Origin: a virus
Taxonomy: Duplodnaviria; Caudoviricetes
Length of the DNA stretch: 64,000 nucleotides
Virus record (IMG/VR): IMGVR_UViG_3300037067_001739
Coordinates: 1-64,000 of that record
Reading direction: 5' to 3' (one strand)
The position numbers and the translations under genes are program-made. The notes below the pieces were generated by a model, which was not told the DNA's origin, made no database searches, and worked only from the letters and a program-made list of their open reading frames with translations. Positions 45,727-55,709 of this stretch are shown one piece after another; position 1 is the stretch's first letter; every line of letters begins with the position of its first letter.

Positions 45727-47076
45727 TTATCGTCTGCCATCTATGTACTCCCTTGCCTTAGCGAAAGCACCCTCTCTGTCATCCTTATCCAACTTGTCAT
45801 CAATGACCAGATTGGTCAGGTGATTCTTGATTTCACCAACAAACTTTCCAGGCTTTAGTGAGAATTCGTTCATGATTTCATTACCGTCAATAGGGGAAGC
45901 TAGAGACTCTGGTTCTTCCGCCAAGCACTCGCTCACCATCTTGGTTAGGATGGTCATGAACTTATAGCGTGGGTTCTTAGAAGAGCGAATATCACACTTT
46001 ACCAAGTCCATTAGTAGTCCGATATTATCTTCACCAACTCTACGTACTAGACGCATGATGATTCTCTTCTTAATCTTACCCCTGACAATTTCTCTCTGTA
46101 GAACGATAGGAGTCATGTGATACTTAATCAAATGACAAACGCTCTGAACAGTTTCATTATCGTAACGTAGTCTGCGTAGAAGCTTTCTAGCCTTTCTAGC
46201 ACCCACGTTGTGGTGGGAGTAGAAATGAACACCACTCTCATCTTCTATCTTGGTTTCAGGCTTACCGATGTCGTGCAAGATACAAGCTAGACGGAAGATT
46301 AGGTTTCTGTCACCCTGCTCAATCTTAGAACCCTTGTGTAGAACCAACAGAGAATGCTCGTAAGCATCCTTGATGTGATTCTTACCCTGCTGGATGTTCT
46401 TCAAGTCCATGAACTCAGGTACGATGTAGTAAATCAGTCCAGTCTGACACAACTTTCTCCAACCGTAAGAAGCTCTGCTAGACAACAGGATTCTGTTCAG
46501 TTCCTCACGGATTCTTTCCTTAGATACTATCTGTAGTCTCTCAGGATGTTCAATCTTTACGTCAAGAGTGAAGCCAAGCTCGCAGGCAAAACGTACTGCA
46601 CGAAGCATTCTTAGAGGGTCTTCGTCAAATCTTTCGTTTCCACCTACTACCTTAATCAATCTATTGTTCATATCAATCAAACCACCAAACGGGTCAACTA
46701 CAGTTCCAGTCAATGGGTCACGAGCGATGGCATTGATAGTGAAGTCTCTGCGAGACAAGTCCTCTACCAAGCTATCACCAAACACGACCTCTGGCTTACG
46801 AGAATTGGAAGGGTAAACTTCCTTTCTGTAAGAAGTCACTTCAACGGTGACACCCTTAACGTTAAGACCAATAGTACCAAATGCTTCACCCATTGCATAG
46901 ATAGCACCCAAGTCATTTAGAAGTTCCTTTATCTTAGTTGGGTGGGCATTAGTTGCTAGGTCAATATCGTGAGACTTTCTATTAAGGAAAGAATCACGGA
47001 CATGACCACCAACTTCGTACAGTTCAAGTCCTTCGTTCTTGAATCTTTCAGCTATAGTCTTTATCAATTCTTCCAT
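45727..47076 (-). CDS. cca: CCA tRNA nucleotidyltransferase with HD domain
   Basis: VGGHVRD, DIDLAT, DLSRRDFTINA, EDPLRMLRAVRF, ERIREE, LHDIGKP. Confidence 0.93.
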   Translation of the reverse strand: MEELIKTIAERFKNEGLELYEVGGHVRDSFLNRKSHDIDLATNAHPTKIKELLNDLGAIYAMGEAFGTIGLNVKGVTVEVTSYRKEVYPSNSRKPEVVFGDSLVEDLSRRDFTINAIARDPLTGTVVDPFGGLIDMNNRLIKVVGGNERFDEDPLRMLRAVRFACELGFTLDVKIEHPERLQIVSKERIREELNRILLSSRASYGWRKLCQTGLIYYIVPEFMDLKNIQQGKNHIKDAYEHSLLVLHKGSKIEQGDRNLIFRLACILHDIGKPETKIEDESGVHFYSHHNVGARKARKLLRRLRYDNETVQSVCHLIKYHMTPIVLQREIVRGKIKKRIIMRLVRRVGEDNIGLLMDLVKCDIRSSKNPRYKFMTILTKMVSECLAEEPESLASPIDGNEIMNEFSLKPGKFVGEIKNHLTNLVIDDKLDKDDREGAFAKAREYIDGRR

Positions 47077-47082
47077 ACCTCT

Positions 47083-47111
47083 ATATTAGCACATTTCCTT
47101 TCATTTGTCAA
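47083..47111 (-). promoter_or_regulatory. Sigma70-type promoter, probably giving a leaderless cca mRNA
   Basis: TTGACA-17 nt-TAATAT with TG; ATG lies 7 nt past the -10. Confidence 0.7.
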
Positions 47112-47455
47112 GTCTGCCATAGTCAATTATTTCGTATTTATCAGGCTGAGGTAGTCGTGTGAAAGTCACCACAGCGATTTCATTGGGATTAAAATTACAA
47201 TAGATACGGCTCAAGGTTTCGCTCAAGCACTTCATTGTTTTTGTGGTGAGAAAGCACGCCAGATTGTCTATTTCCTTTTGAGTCACACCACTTAGTTTGG
47301 TATGACGAATCTTCTGTATGATGCCGAAACCTAATATGTTACTATCCATGTCACAAAGACAAATTGGGTCACTAACTTTAGCTACGGCTAACCATTTACC
47401 TCTACGTATTGTGGTATTTATGCCCTTGTGGAGATTGGGTGCTACGAATTTCATT

Positions 47456-47959
47456 CTATAGAACTTTTGCATCTTCCCAATTATACCACGAACTAGAGTG
47501 TGTTTTGCTATCTCTAGCACCACCAACTCCGCAGATAATCTCGCAACCAATCTCTTTGCACACGTCAAGTTCTTCTTGAGGAATGTTGGTCATGTCTCTG
47601 TCGCCACCTTTAGCAAATATGTGCGGCTTTATAGCCCTAATAGTTGCAGATATGCTTTGGTCACAGTCTACACTACCAGCCACAACATTGACCGTCTTGA
47701 ACTCATTAACGATAAAAGCCCTGTCTAGGAAAGGATAACGAATCCTGCCCTCAAGCGGAGTCCCTCTGCGTTTCATGAGTAGTTGCTCGTCAGTATTCAG
47801 CATGACGACTAAGAAGTCTCCTAAGTCTTTTGCCGCTCTGAAATAAATAAGGTGTGTCGGTGTAGGTGGGTCAAAGTAACCAGACACCGCAACGACCTTA
47901 CCCTGTTGTTTTAAGCTTTCGAAAAATTGGGTATATTCATTTGTGTGTAGTATTATCAT
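47456..47959 (-). CDS. Cytidylyl/adenylyltransferase family protein
   Basis: SGYFDPPTPTH, AKDLGDFLVVMLNTDE, FAKGGDR, SSSW. Confidence 0.85.
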   Translation of the reverse strand: MIILHTNEYTQFFESLKQQGKVVAVSGYFDPPTPTHLIYFRAAKDLGDFLVVMLNTDEQLLMKRRGTPLEGRIRYPFLDRAFIVNEFKTVNVVAGSVDCDQSISATIRAIKPHIFAKGGDRDMTNIPQEELDVCKEIGCEIICGVGGARDSKTHSSSWYNWEDAKVL

Positions 47960-48681
47960 ATTTACCTACCACTTCAAAATCTAGTAGATATACTGGTGAT
48001 ATGTACCACATACCTACCTTGTAATCTGCATAGTCTACTTTTTTAATCTGATGGTAAACTTTGACACCATCCTCAGTTTCCCACCATCCATAGTAAGGGG
48101 TATAAGAAGATTCTAGTCTCCATTTCTGTGCCTCTGGTACGTGCAGTTTATCAAGGTATAAATCTTCCTCGTCAAACTCTACGTATGCACCACGTCCACC
48201 ATGTACAATACGAGTAAACTTATCAGCTACAAGAATGCCACTTTTGGTAAATACTGGTAGGACTCCTGTAAAGTCATACTTATTCATAGTGGCAAACCGT
48301 TTACTATCTTCCTAACTTTCATAATTTCTGAGTCATGGATGTGAATTCCTAATTCATAAAGTGAAACAAAGACTGGCAGAAATTCCTCAATGCACTCTCG
48401 TCTGGTGTTATTCAGTATAGGACTATTGCTGTAAAAGTCCATGAACGCATCCACGTACTCGTCAAGTTGCTCGTCTGTATAGACGATATGGTGCATTAAC
48501 TCATGTACTCGTTCTCTATTCAGCATTCTCATTCTCCAAGCAACCGTCATTTTCCTCAGCCCATTGAGCGAGTTTCTTCTCGCTGTCAAAAGTGCCGATG
48601 GTGCAGACATCAATAAACATTGTCACCTTGGAATCCTTGGAATCAGCGTAGTGCTCGGTTCTTTCTTCTACCATTGTAAGC

Positions 48682-49095
48682 TTATACTTTACAGTCATCT
48701 GCATTCCTCCATCCGTCAGGAAATAATTTTATCTGCTTCTTATAGCATTCGAGACATAATACTTTGTCTTGTAGTGGTGGGATTACGTACTTTTCCCAAT
48801 CTTCATCTATAAACATATCAGGAAATACTTCGCCACAAAGAGCACACAACACAGGTATCTGAACCCAAGGAATTCTGCCCTTACGTTCTAGCATTTCTTC
48901 CCATTGTTCCTCTTGTCTCTCAGTTAAGCCATGCTCGTATGCCCAAGTTCCCTCGGACACATCAACATTTAGTAGTTCGTAGCAACAACCACAGCTTATG
49001 AGTTGCCCACCACAGAAGGGACAACGTTCCATATCACAGCCTAGAGCATGATACTCACCCTCTTTTGCACCACAATCATGACATGTCTTATCCAA
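48682..49095 (-). CDS. Cys-rich hypothetical protein
   Basis: [28 protein letters not shown]. Confidence 0.6.
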   Translation of the reverse strand: MDKTCHDCGAKEGEYHALGCDMERCPFCGGQLISCGCCYELLNVDVSEGTWAYEHGLTERQEEQWEEMLERKGRIPWVQIPVLCALCGEVFPDMFIDEDWEKYVIPPLQDKVLCLECYKKQIKLFPDGWRNADDCKV

Positions 49096-49564
49096 AGGCT
49101 AAGTTCCCCTTTTCTGACGCTGTGCTTACTTTAGGACTTACAAGTATCCCTTTCTTATCAATAAGGATACCGTCAAGGTGGTCTACTTCATGCTCTGCCA
49201 CGCTAGATTCCTCTGGTGTTTTGCACTTTAATTTGACAGGTCTACCATGAGAGTCAGTTCCAAAGAGCGTTAATGTCTGCGGTCTGGTTACTTGATAAAC
49301 ACCATCTACACTCAGACAACCCTCGAACATCTTTACTGCACCTTTCTTGTGCTGGATGTAGGGATTGAATATTGTATACTCTTTGCCACGATATACGATG
49401 TTTATAATCCTCACAGACTGACCTATCTGTGGTGCGGCAAGACCGATACCACCATTCTCCTGTCTGACCCTTGACATTTCCTCAGTAATATTGGTCAGGT
49501 CAAGTTTGGTGGTGGCGGGTACTGCTTTCTGTCTTAATCTTTTATCTGGTAATTTAATTAACAT
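49088..49564 (-). CDS. def: Peptide deformylase
   Basis: [23 protein letters not shown]. Confidence 0.95.
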   Translation of the reverse strand: MLIKLPDKRLRQKAVPATTKLDLTNITEEMSRVRQENGGIGLAAPQIGQSVRIINIVYRGKEYTIFNPYIQHKKGAVKMFEGCLSVDGVYQVTRPQTLTLFGTDSHGRPVKLKCKTPEESSVAEHEVDHLDGILIDKKGILVSPKVSTASEKGNLAFG

Positions 49565-49808
49565 CTAATATCTTCCCCAATTTTATAGAATAAAGAGCCT
49601 CTCCCTTGTCCATCCCTAACCACTCCACTCTCATAGTAGGAGAGGTCTTTGAATACCCATTCTTGAATACGATTACATCGAAAGTCTTACCTTCCAATCT
49701 CTTTGTCCAGTAGGGTTTTATCTCACGAAACTCTACTTTTTTAGTGCCATCTAGTATCGCATCAAAGTAGCATTTCTTTAGTGTCAAGTATAAGACTTTT
49801 ATCCCCAT
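49554..49808 (-). CDS. ASCH domain protein
   Basis: YFDAILDGTKKVEFRE..PYWTKRL...FKNGY. Confidence 0.85.
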   Translation of the reverse strand: MGIKVLYLTLKKCYFDAILDGTKKVEFREIKPYWTKRLEGKTFDVIVFKNGYSKTSPTMRVEWLGMDKGEALYSIKLGKILDVN

Positions 49809-50347
49809 TGTTCCGCCATTGCCTCAGCTATTCCAGTGTAAGTCGTACTTCTTAACTTCCACCTATCAGGTGATGGTGGTAAATGATGTACTCTTGGTGT
49901 CCGACCCTCGACAATGTTTGTCGGTTTCAACAGTGGTAGATTCTTTAACCACAAACATGTAGCTTTAGTTTCACCGTGTCCAAACTGCCAAGGTTGGATT
50001 ATCTGGTCTGGTTTACGAATCTTGGACGATATTATACTGATAGGATTCTCCAAAGCTATCTTTGGTATGTCAGCATTAAGCAAAAGCCATACAAAGTCTA
50101 GAGCTTCCTGTTGTTCCTGTTGCTTATTTTTGAACCATCGAGCACCAGAAACCGCAAGATGTGTACAAGGTGGGTGGGCTATCATTAAGTCCCACTTGAA
50201 CCCCAATATGTCTCTCACATCACCTTGGTAATGATACTCACTGCCATCATCAGCAGGAAGTAAGTCACAGGATAACGCATCGTGACCTCTAAGTCTGAAA
50301 GCTTCTCTGACTACCCCGCTATATTCGCAAGCTACTAATATCTTCAT
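49799..50347 (-). CDS. DNA cytosine methyltransferase (short phage type)
   Basis: LVACEYSG, AHPPC, LENP, RSTTYTGIAEAMAEQWG. Confidence 0.85.
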   Translation of the reverse strand: MKILVACEYSGVVREAFRLRGHDALSCDLLPADDGSEYHYQGDVRDILGFKWDLMIAHPPCTHLAVSGARWFKNKQQEQQEALDFVWLLLNADIPKIALENPISIISSKIRKPDQIIQPWQFGHGETKATCLWLKNLPLLKPTNIVEGRTPRVHHLPPSPDRWKLRSTTYTGIAEAMAEQWG

Positions 50348-51654
50348 TTTCCGTTTATTGCGTCCGCCGCAATTATACCACTTGCTACTGCTTGGATGAT
50401 GCCTCTTGATACACCACTTCCATCACCCACACAATACAAATTAGGTATTGATGTCTGCATATTTTTTAGTTCAATGACGTTAGAGTAGAACTTGACTTCG
50501 ATGCCATAGAGCAAGTTGCTTCCAGCCATCATGCCAGGAGCTATCTTATCCATCGTCTGTATCATTTCCGTTAAGTCACACAGGTAACGATATGGAAGTA
50601 CGAGGCTCAAGTCCCCTGGAAACGCATCCAGTGTTGGCTTCACATTACTCTTTACTATTCGTTCCTTGGTTGAGCGTCTACCGTCCAGCAGGTCACCAAG
50701 TCTCTGTACTATCACTCCACCCTCAGCGATGTTGTTTGCTAAGGAGACGATTGACCTCCCGAACTCATTAGGACGAATAGGAGAACCGAATGGGATGCTT
50801 ACAAGGAGAGCAAAGTTGGTATTAGTTGTCACTCCCTGTTTGAAGCTATGCCCGTTGCAGGTGGTCAGGTCATCAAATTGTTCCCGTACCACTTCACCAT
50901 GTGGACATACGCAGAATGTTCTTACCATGTCATCAAAACACTTGGTATAGTAGTGTATCTTGAAGTCATGACTAAACTTTACTAACTCTGCGGCAACAGC
51001 ATCAGGTACTTCCATTCTGACACCCAAATCTACTTTGTTACCACCAACCTTAACATTCAAAACAGATAGCTGGTCAGCTAACCATTTAGAACCCTCTCGA
51101 CCAGTGGCGAGCACTACGGTCTTTGCTCGGTATGTCTCGCTGTCAAGACCGAACTCACCAGCACTTAGATGGAACTCGTCTCCCACAATCTCGATGTCAT
51201 GGATGTCTGTGCAGAGTCTTACCTCACACTTCTTGTCCAATTCCTTGTACATCTTCTCGGTAAAAATTCGGCTACCATCAGTCCCAAGATGAATGGTGTT
51301 CGTTGCGAGTAACTCCATTCCCTCTCTAGATGCCCTGTCAGCAAGTGATTGTTGAGCATCGTCAAGGTGAGGTTGTAAAGTCGTTAAATCGGCATCAGCA
51401 CCGAACATCTTAGCGGCTCGGCACAGGTAATAGCTAGGTTGATATGTATGTTCCTTGATGTTTCCACCAACGACATCAGACATAACTAGCTTGCCATCAG
51501 AGAATAAACCAGCACCACCGAAGCCAGAGGTGATTGAGGTGCGTTCCATTACTCCCTTACCTTTGTCTATTAAAACGACTTTTAATTTTGGGTCGAGTGT
51601 CTTGGCTACTGCCATTCCAGCAGGTCCAGCACCAACTATTGCCACATCATACAT
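50344..51654 (-). CDS. FAD-dependent oxidoreductase
   Basis: VGAGPAG, GGAGLFSDGKL, RTFCVCPHG, VGDGSGVSRG. Confidence 0.88.
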   Translation of the reverse strand: MYDVAIVGAGPAGMAVAKTLDPKLKVVLIDKGKGVMERTSITSGFGGAGLFSDGKLVMSDVVGGNIKEHTYQPSYYLCRAAKMFGADADLTTLQPHLDDAQQSLADRASREGMELLATNTIHLGTDGSRIFTEKMYKELDKKCEVRLCTDIHDIEIVGDEFHLSAGEFGLDSETYRAKTVVLATGREGSKWLADQLSVLNVKVGGNKVDLGVRMEVPDAVAAELVKFSHDFKIHYYTKCFDDMVRTFCVCPHGEVVREQFDDLTTCNGHSFKQGVTTNTNFALLVSIPFGSPIRPNEFGRSIVSLANNIAEGGVIVQRLGDLLDGRRSTKERIVKSNVKPTLDAFPGDLSLVLPYRYLCDLTEMIQTMDKIAPGMMAGSNLLYGIEVKFYSNVIELKNMQTSIPNLYCVGDGSGVSRGIIQAVASGIIAADAINGK

Positions 51655-52163
51655 TACTTTGTCTCCAACAGTTGCAATACCATTTTCCTGAAATACTCTT
51701 GACCATCTGGATATAAATACCCATCTGTAGTCTCATCTTCACAACTCTTTATATTTTGTCTATAATCTTCTGCATGTTTGACTTCCATCAGTACCTTGTT
51801 CATACGAGCCTGTATCTGCTTGTAGTCCATTTCTACTGCTATCCATTCGGCATCAGGTTGAGGATTACCAGCAGTCCAGCATTTGAACCTTTGGTTACAC
51901 TTATCACAGTTCTTAAACTCGACTTCCTTTTCCTTTATTCGGCACTGCTCAAATTTCCATTCGTCAGTATTCTTTTTTATAAAGTAATCTCTAGCTGTAC
52001 CTTTTGGTACATTAGAGATATTCGGATGCTTGCCAGAAAGTCTACCAGTTACCGTTCCTACGTGAGTATCGGACAGTACAAGTATAGTATTTTCTGGAAT
52101 GTCCTCACTTACCAATATCGGTAAATTTTTTATCACAAGAGCGTTCTCCGAATGACTCAACAA
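51654..52163 (-). CDS. Hypothetical protein with CxxCxxRFxCWT motif
   Basis: CDKCNQRFKCWT. Confidence 0.6.
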   Translation of the reverse strand: MLSHSENALVIKNLPILVSEDIPENTILVLSDTHVGTVTGRLSGKHPNISNVPKGTARDYFIKKNTDEWKFEQCRIKEKEVEFKNCDKCNQRFKCWTAGNPQPDAEWIAVEMDYKQIQARMNKVLMEVKHAEDYRQNIKSCEDETTDGYLYPDGQEYFRKMVLQLLETK

Positions 52164-53319
52164 TTACAGGTAAGCACAACCTTTCACTAACCTCTTGAAC
52201 AAGGTTATCACTTACCACGACATGTGGTTTACATTTGAACAGTGTATCAGTTAATTTTGATTGTTCATCAAGACCAAATGGAGTTCTAAGTTCAGTAACA
52301 AACCCACGTGTAGGTGGTAGATGGTAGCTGTCACACAGCTTCGAGCAGTTTTCGTCAATATGCGTGACCGCTAAAGCATTCACCCCACCGTTCACCTTGA
52401 GTGCATACTTAGTTGCCACAAGGTCAAGTACACCAGTTCTAAAACCACCCTGCCACTCGTTAGTCACGTTATATTTATCAACAAACGGCAAATCAGTTTC
52501 GGTCACAAATGGTCCGTTGCCATGACGAGTCGAGTACGTTCTGATAACACCAATCTCGGTTGCTTCCTGATACCACAATTTCCAGGCATTCTTTGTAGTG
52601 GTTGTAGTCCACATAGTGTGCGGATGGAAACCATAGTTCTCGTCAAGCAAAACGCCACCAGCACCCTCAAATATTACTTGGTCGAATCCATGAGTATCAA
52701 GGTTCTCTACTATCTTAATGTTCTGAGCTAGTAGGAACTCATAAATACCCATACAGAGTTCTGGTGCTTTGGGGTCGTCCAGAATTGCATCTGCTACTCC
52801 CACTTCTGCTCGTTTCTTCTCTTGTATGGTCTTTAGCTTTGTCATAGCAGTCTCATGGTCTAGCAAGTCTCTTACTCTTAAAACCAGACCATCTAACGAG
52901 TCTGCGACAGCGTTGCCCATACCCATCCCACAGCTACCATGCCTGTTCTTTGTCTCAAGTACCCTATTTGCTACCTTGTGGAAAGGTGTTACAATCGGTG
53001 TTTCGACATTGATAGACAGTCTAGATAGTGCATCATTCACATCAATATTGCACAGCCCCTCATTCTCACGTAGCATGGAAAGAGGGTCTATCCACACATA
53101 TTCAGACAGATATGTTTTAACTGTAGGAACGAGTGTGCCACTACCAAACTGAGCAAACGTGTGGTGGACTCCCTTTGCAGTCACAACATTGTGTGCGGCT
53201 TGAGGTCCACCATTGTACCTTACAATCAAGGTGTTTGGGGTGAGACAGGAAAGATAATCAATGACTGTTCCCTTTCCTGCGTCACCAAAGCCTAAGTCTA
53301 CGACTATATAAGCTTTCAT
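52105..53319 (-). CDS. Adenylosuccinate synthetase-like protein (divergent PurA family)
   Basis: DLGFGDAGKGT, RYNGGPQAAHNV, HGSCGMG, FEGAGG, TRHGNGPF. Confidence 0.88.
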   Translation of the reverse strand: MKAYIVVDLGFGDAGKGTVIDYLSCLTPNTLIVRYNGGPQAAHNVVTAKGVHHTFAQFGSGTLVPTVKTYLSEYVWIDPLSMLRENEGLCNIDVNDALSRLSINVETPIVTPFHKVANRVLETKNRHGSCGMGMGNAVADSLDGLVLRVRDLLDHETAMTKLKTIQEKKRAEVGVADAILDDPKAPELCMGIYEFLLAQNIKIVENLDTHGFDQVIFEGAGGVLLDENYGFHPHTMWTTTTTKNAWKLWYQEATEIGVIRTYSTRHGNGPFVTETDLPFVDKYNVTNEWQGGFRTGVLDLVATKYALKVNGGVNALAVTHIDENCSKLCDSYHLPPTRGFVTELRTPFGLDEQSKLTDTLFKCKPHVVVSDNLVQEVSERLCLPVIVESFGERSCDKKFTDIGK

Positions 53320-53630
53320 TAGTTGTCCTCGGCTTCCGTAAAACATTTGAACCTAGTTCTACATTTATCACATATGGCTAGTCGCTTATCCAAAGGAAGC
53401 TTTTTGCTACAACAAAAATGCAGGTCAACCCTATCACGAGAGTTGATTGTACCATACTTTGTCCTGTATGCGCTATATCCGTAACTACCATCTTTGTTAC
53501 GTTTAGCCCTTGGTGTACAGTCTATACACCATGTAAAGTGTCTACCGTACTTCCTGAAACACTTAGGACATATTTTGTAGTAACCATTACTTGCCATAAT
53601 ATTATTCGGTGGCGTGACCAAGCATTTCAC
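53319..53630 (-). CDS. Cys-rich protein with CxxCxxRFxCFT motif
   Basis: CDKCRTRFKCFT. Confidence 0.6.
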   Translation of the reverse strand: MKCLVTPPNNIMASNGYYKICPKCFRKYGRHFTWCIDCTPRAKRNKDGSYGYSAYRTKYGTINSRDRVDLHFCCSKKLPLDKRLAICDKCRTRFKCFTEAEDN

Positions 53631-53727
53631 TTGGGAGGTTATTTTCCCATCTACTTCACGGTAACGTTAACTCCGCTATCTACTGGTATCTTCACCCTTT
53701 ACTATTTGTTACGCACGCCATGTAAAC

Positions 53728-54657
53728 TTATTTTACTGCCGCTAACGTTTTCTCTACGGATTTCCTAGCTTTAGCTGTCGTTCCAGCTTTCGTCAGGTTC
53801 TCCATGATTTCCTTGAGTTCGATACCTTCCTCAGCGGCTACCGTTGAAGCTATCAACTCACAGACTGCGCTCTCATCGTCAAGACGAAGAACGTTCTGAC
53901 CAAGCAACTCGTTCCAGCGTTTCTGTAGTCTAGGGTCGCTTGCGTGGTAAGTATGTTCAGGTATAATGAAGTACACTTCCCACTTCTCACGGACTTCTTT
54001 GATGATGTCCTCAATGAGAATGTCTGCTTCCTCGCCAGCACCAAATATCCTGTTCACTTCGGATTTCTTGACCACAGGATAAGGCATCTCGTCACCACTC
54101 AGGAACAGGTAACCTTTCTGCCCTCTCTTGTTGTAGCAGTCAAGGTCGGTAAAACGTGCCATAGCGTATAACGCTAATTCGTAGGACTCTGTGAACTGTC
54201 CGCCGCCGCCACCTTCAAGGACAATCTTGCGAATGTGCTCGTCAATCAGATTGTTGCTTTCAAACTGAGAAATCTGTAACGGAATCGCATCGCAGGTAGC
54301 GTCACCGACTGCACCGACAAGAATTTGAGGGTGCTCGATTTTACCTTTGAGAACGACTAGAGACATCAGTTTATTCAGGTTTTTCTGGAACACCTGCGGT
54401 ACAGTCTCCATCGAACCCGTAACATCGAAAAATACGGCGATTGCTCTGGATTCAGGATGGTCGTCAGAATCATGGCACTCCCTGACGTGGTTCACCGAAT
54501 CTTTAATTGATTTCGGTTCAAGGTCTGCGTGAGCCTTTCTCTCACTTTTTGCTCTGGACATTACATCATCACTGTGTGCAAAGTCCCTGATACCACTCTT
54601 AGCTCTGTAAGTGGCTGAGGATGAATAAAGTTTGCTATCCCAATGTCCGCCGCCCAT
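53728..54657 (-). CDS. VWA-domain protein
   Basis: MIDAS-type FDVTGSM, GAVGDA, LEGGGGGQFTESYEL, SGDEMPY. Confidence 0.85.
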   Translation of the reverse strand: MGGGHWDSKLYSSSATYRAKSGIRDFAHSDDVMSRAKSERKAHADLEPKSIKDSVNHVRECHDSDDHPESRAIAVFFDVTGSMETVPQVFQKNLNKLMSLVVLKGKIEHPQILVGAVGDATCDAIPLQISQFESNNLIDEHIRKIVLEGGGGGQFTESYELALYAMARFTDLDCYNKRGQKGYLFLSGDEMPYPVVKKSEVNRIFGAGEEADILIEDIIKEVREKWEVYFIIPEHTYHASDPRLQKRWNELLGQNVLRLDDESAVCELIASTVAAEEGIELKEIMENLTKAGTTAKARKSVEKTLAAVK

Positions 54658-54740
54658 TATTTAGTCTCCTTTTCTTCTGATTTTTCTTTTTCCTCGATTG
54701 GTTCATCTGTTAATGGTGTATCCCATTTATTGCCACCCAT
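54657..54740 (-). CDS. 27-aa peptide resembling the VWA protein N-terminus
   Basis: MGGNKWDTPLTDEPIEEKEKSEEKETK; GGAG RBS; TAATG coupling to the VWA gene. Confidence 0.5.
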   Translation of the reverse strand: MGGNKWDTPLTDEPIEEKEKSEEKETK

Positions 54741-54923
54741 TTATTTTATCTCCTTTTTTGTTTCTTTCAAGTATTCAACCACTAATCTTGGTACTACAAA
54801 GTAGTGCTTAGGGTTGGTTATGCACTTATATACAACACCCTCTATAAAGTTCTGGCTTTCGGGTGTCTGCTCTGCTTTATTACCGCAGAAAGGACAATCT
54901 AATGTAAACATATAGCTTAACTC

Positions 54924-55709
54924 CTATACCTTAAATGGTCTAAAGACTGAACCGTAAAGTTTCTTGACAACCTTATCCAGTTGTTCGTGCAATTCTCGTG
55001 CATCTGTCATGCCCATAGAACCAGCACGCATAATGATACGAATGTCTTTACTAACATTATCAATACCACCCATCAACTTCGTCATGAGAATAGTTGCCAT
55101 ATGAATATCAAGAGCAGTTCCATTCTCTACTGTCAAAGCATATTCAGGGTAATAGTCTTTAATGTGTACCTCAAACTTTGGTTTTTTACCAACCTGATTC
55201 ACGTGCATCCAGTCTATCAACCAGATGCCGTGAGTTTTCAGGTTCAGTAACACGTGCTCTGGAAGCACAGCCGAGTGTATGTAACCAAGTGAATGAGCAG
55301 TCCAAATTGCCGCAAGCAATCTCTTATACATCCAAACCATATCTCGCTCGTCTATACCATTCGGATATACTTTTAACACCTTCTCCAAGCTTGGCATATC
55401 CTTGTCGTATCTGTATGCTACGGCATTATTCTTCATGCTACAATTAAAGTTCTTTGCTGACGTGAAACACTTGAACCTCTCAGGACAACTATCACATACT
55501 TTAAGTCCTGCTGTTTCGTCAAGAATGTCTGGAAACAGGTCAGCTAAGTTGGTTTTCTTCAACTTGCTAACAATCTCTACCTCTTTCTTGAGTCGGGGTT
55601 CATCCTTTGGGTCTCTTACAACCTTGAGTAATGTAACCCCATCGTCACAGAGTAGAGCATCTGTGTACGTTCCAGTTGCTATCTTTTTTGCGTTATCGTA
55701 TACACTCAT
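54924..55709 (-). CDS. Protein-kinase-like protein with an inserted CxxCxxRFxCFT motif
   Basis: LLKV...E, WMYKRLL, HSLGYIHSAVLPEHVLL, LIDW, YYPE, DIHMA. Confidence 0.75.
   Translation of the reverse strand: MSVYDNAKKIATGTYTDALLCDDGVTLLKVVRDPKDEPRLKKEVEIVSKLKKTNLADLFPDILDETAGLKVCDSCPERFKCFTSAKNFNCSMKNNAVAYRYDKDMPSLEKVLKVYPNGIDERDMVWMYKRLLAAIWTAHSLGYIHSAVLPEHVLLNLKTHGIWLIDWMHVNQVGKKPKFEVHIKDYYPEYALTVENGTALDIHMATILMTKLMGGIDNVSKDIRIIMRAGSMGMTDARELHEQLDKVVKKLYGSVFRPFKV

Noticed and set aside
52105-53319. PurZ / 2-aminoadenine (Z-genome) pathway, suggested by the PurA-like gene, a DUF5664-type hydrolase and a family A polymerase
   Set aside because: The protein keeps the PurA Asp (GDAGKG) where PurZ has Ser, it lies about 33 kb from the polymerase in a VWA/kinase context, and no DatZ-like HD dATPase was seen. 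A phylogeny would be needed to exclude it fully.
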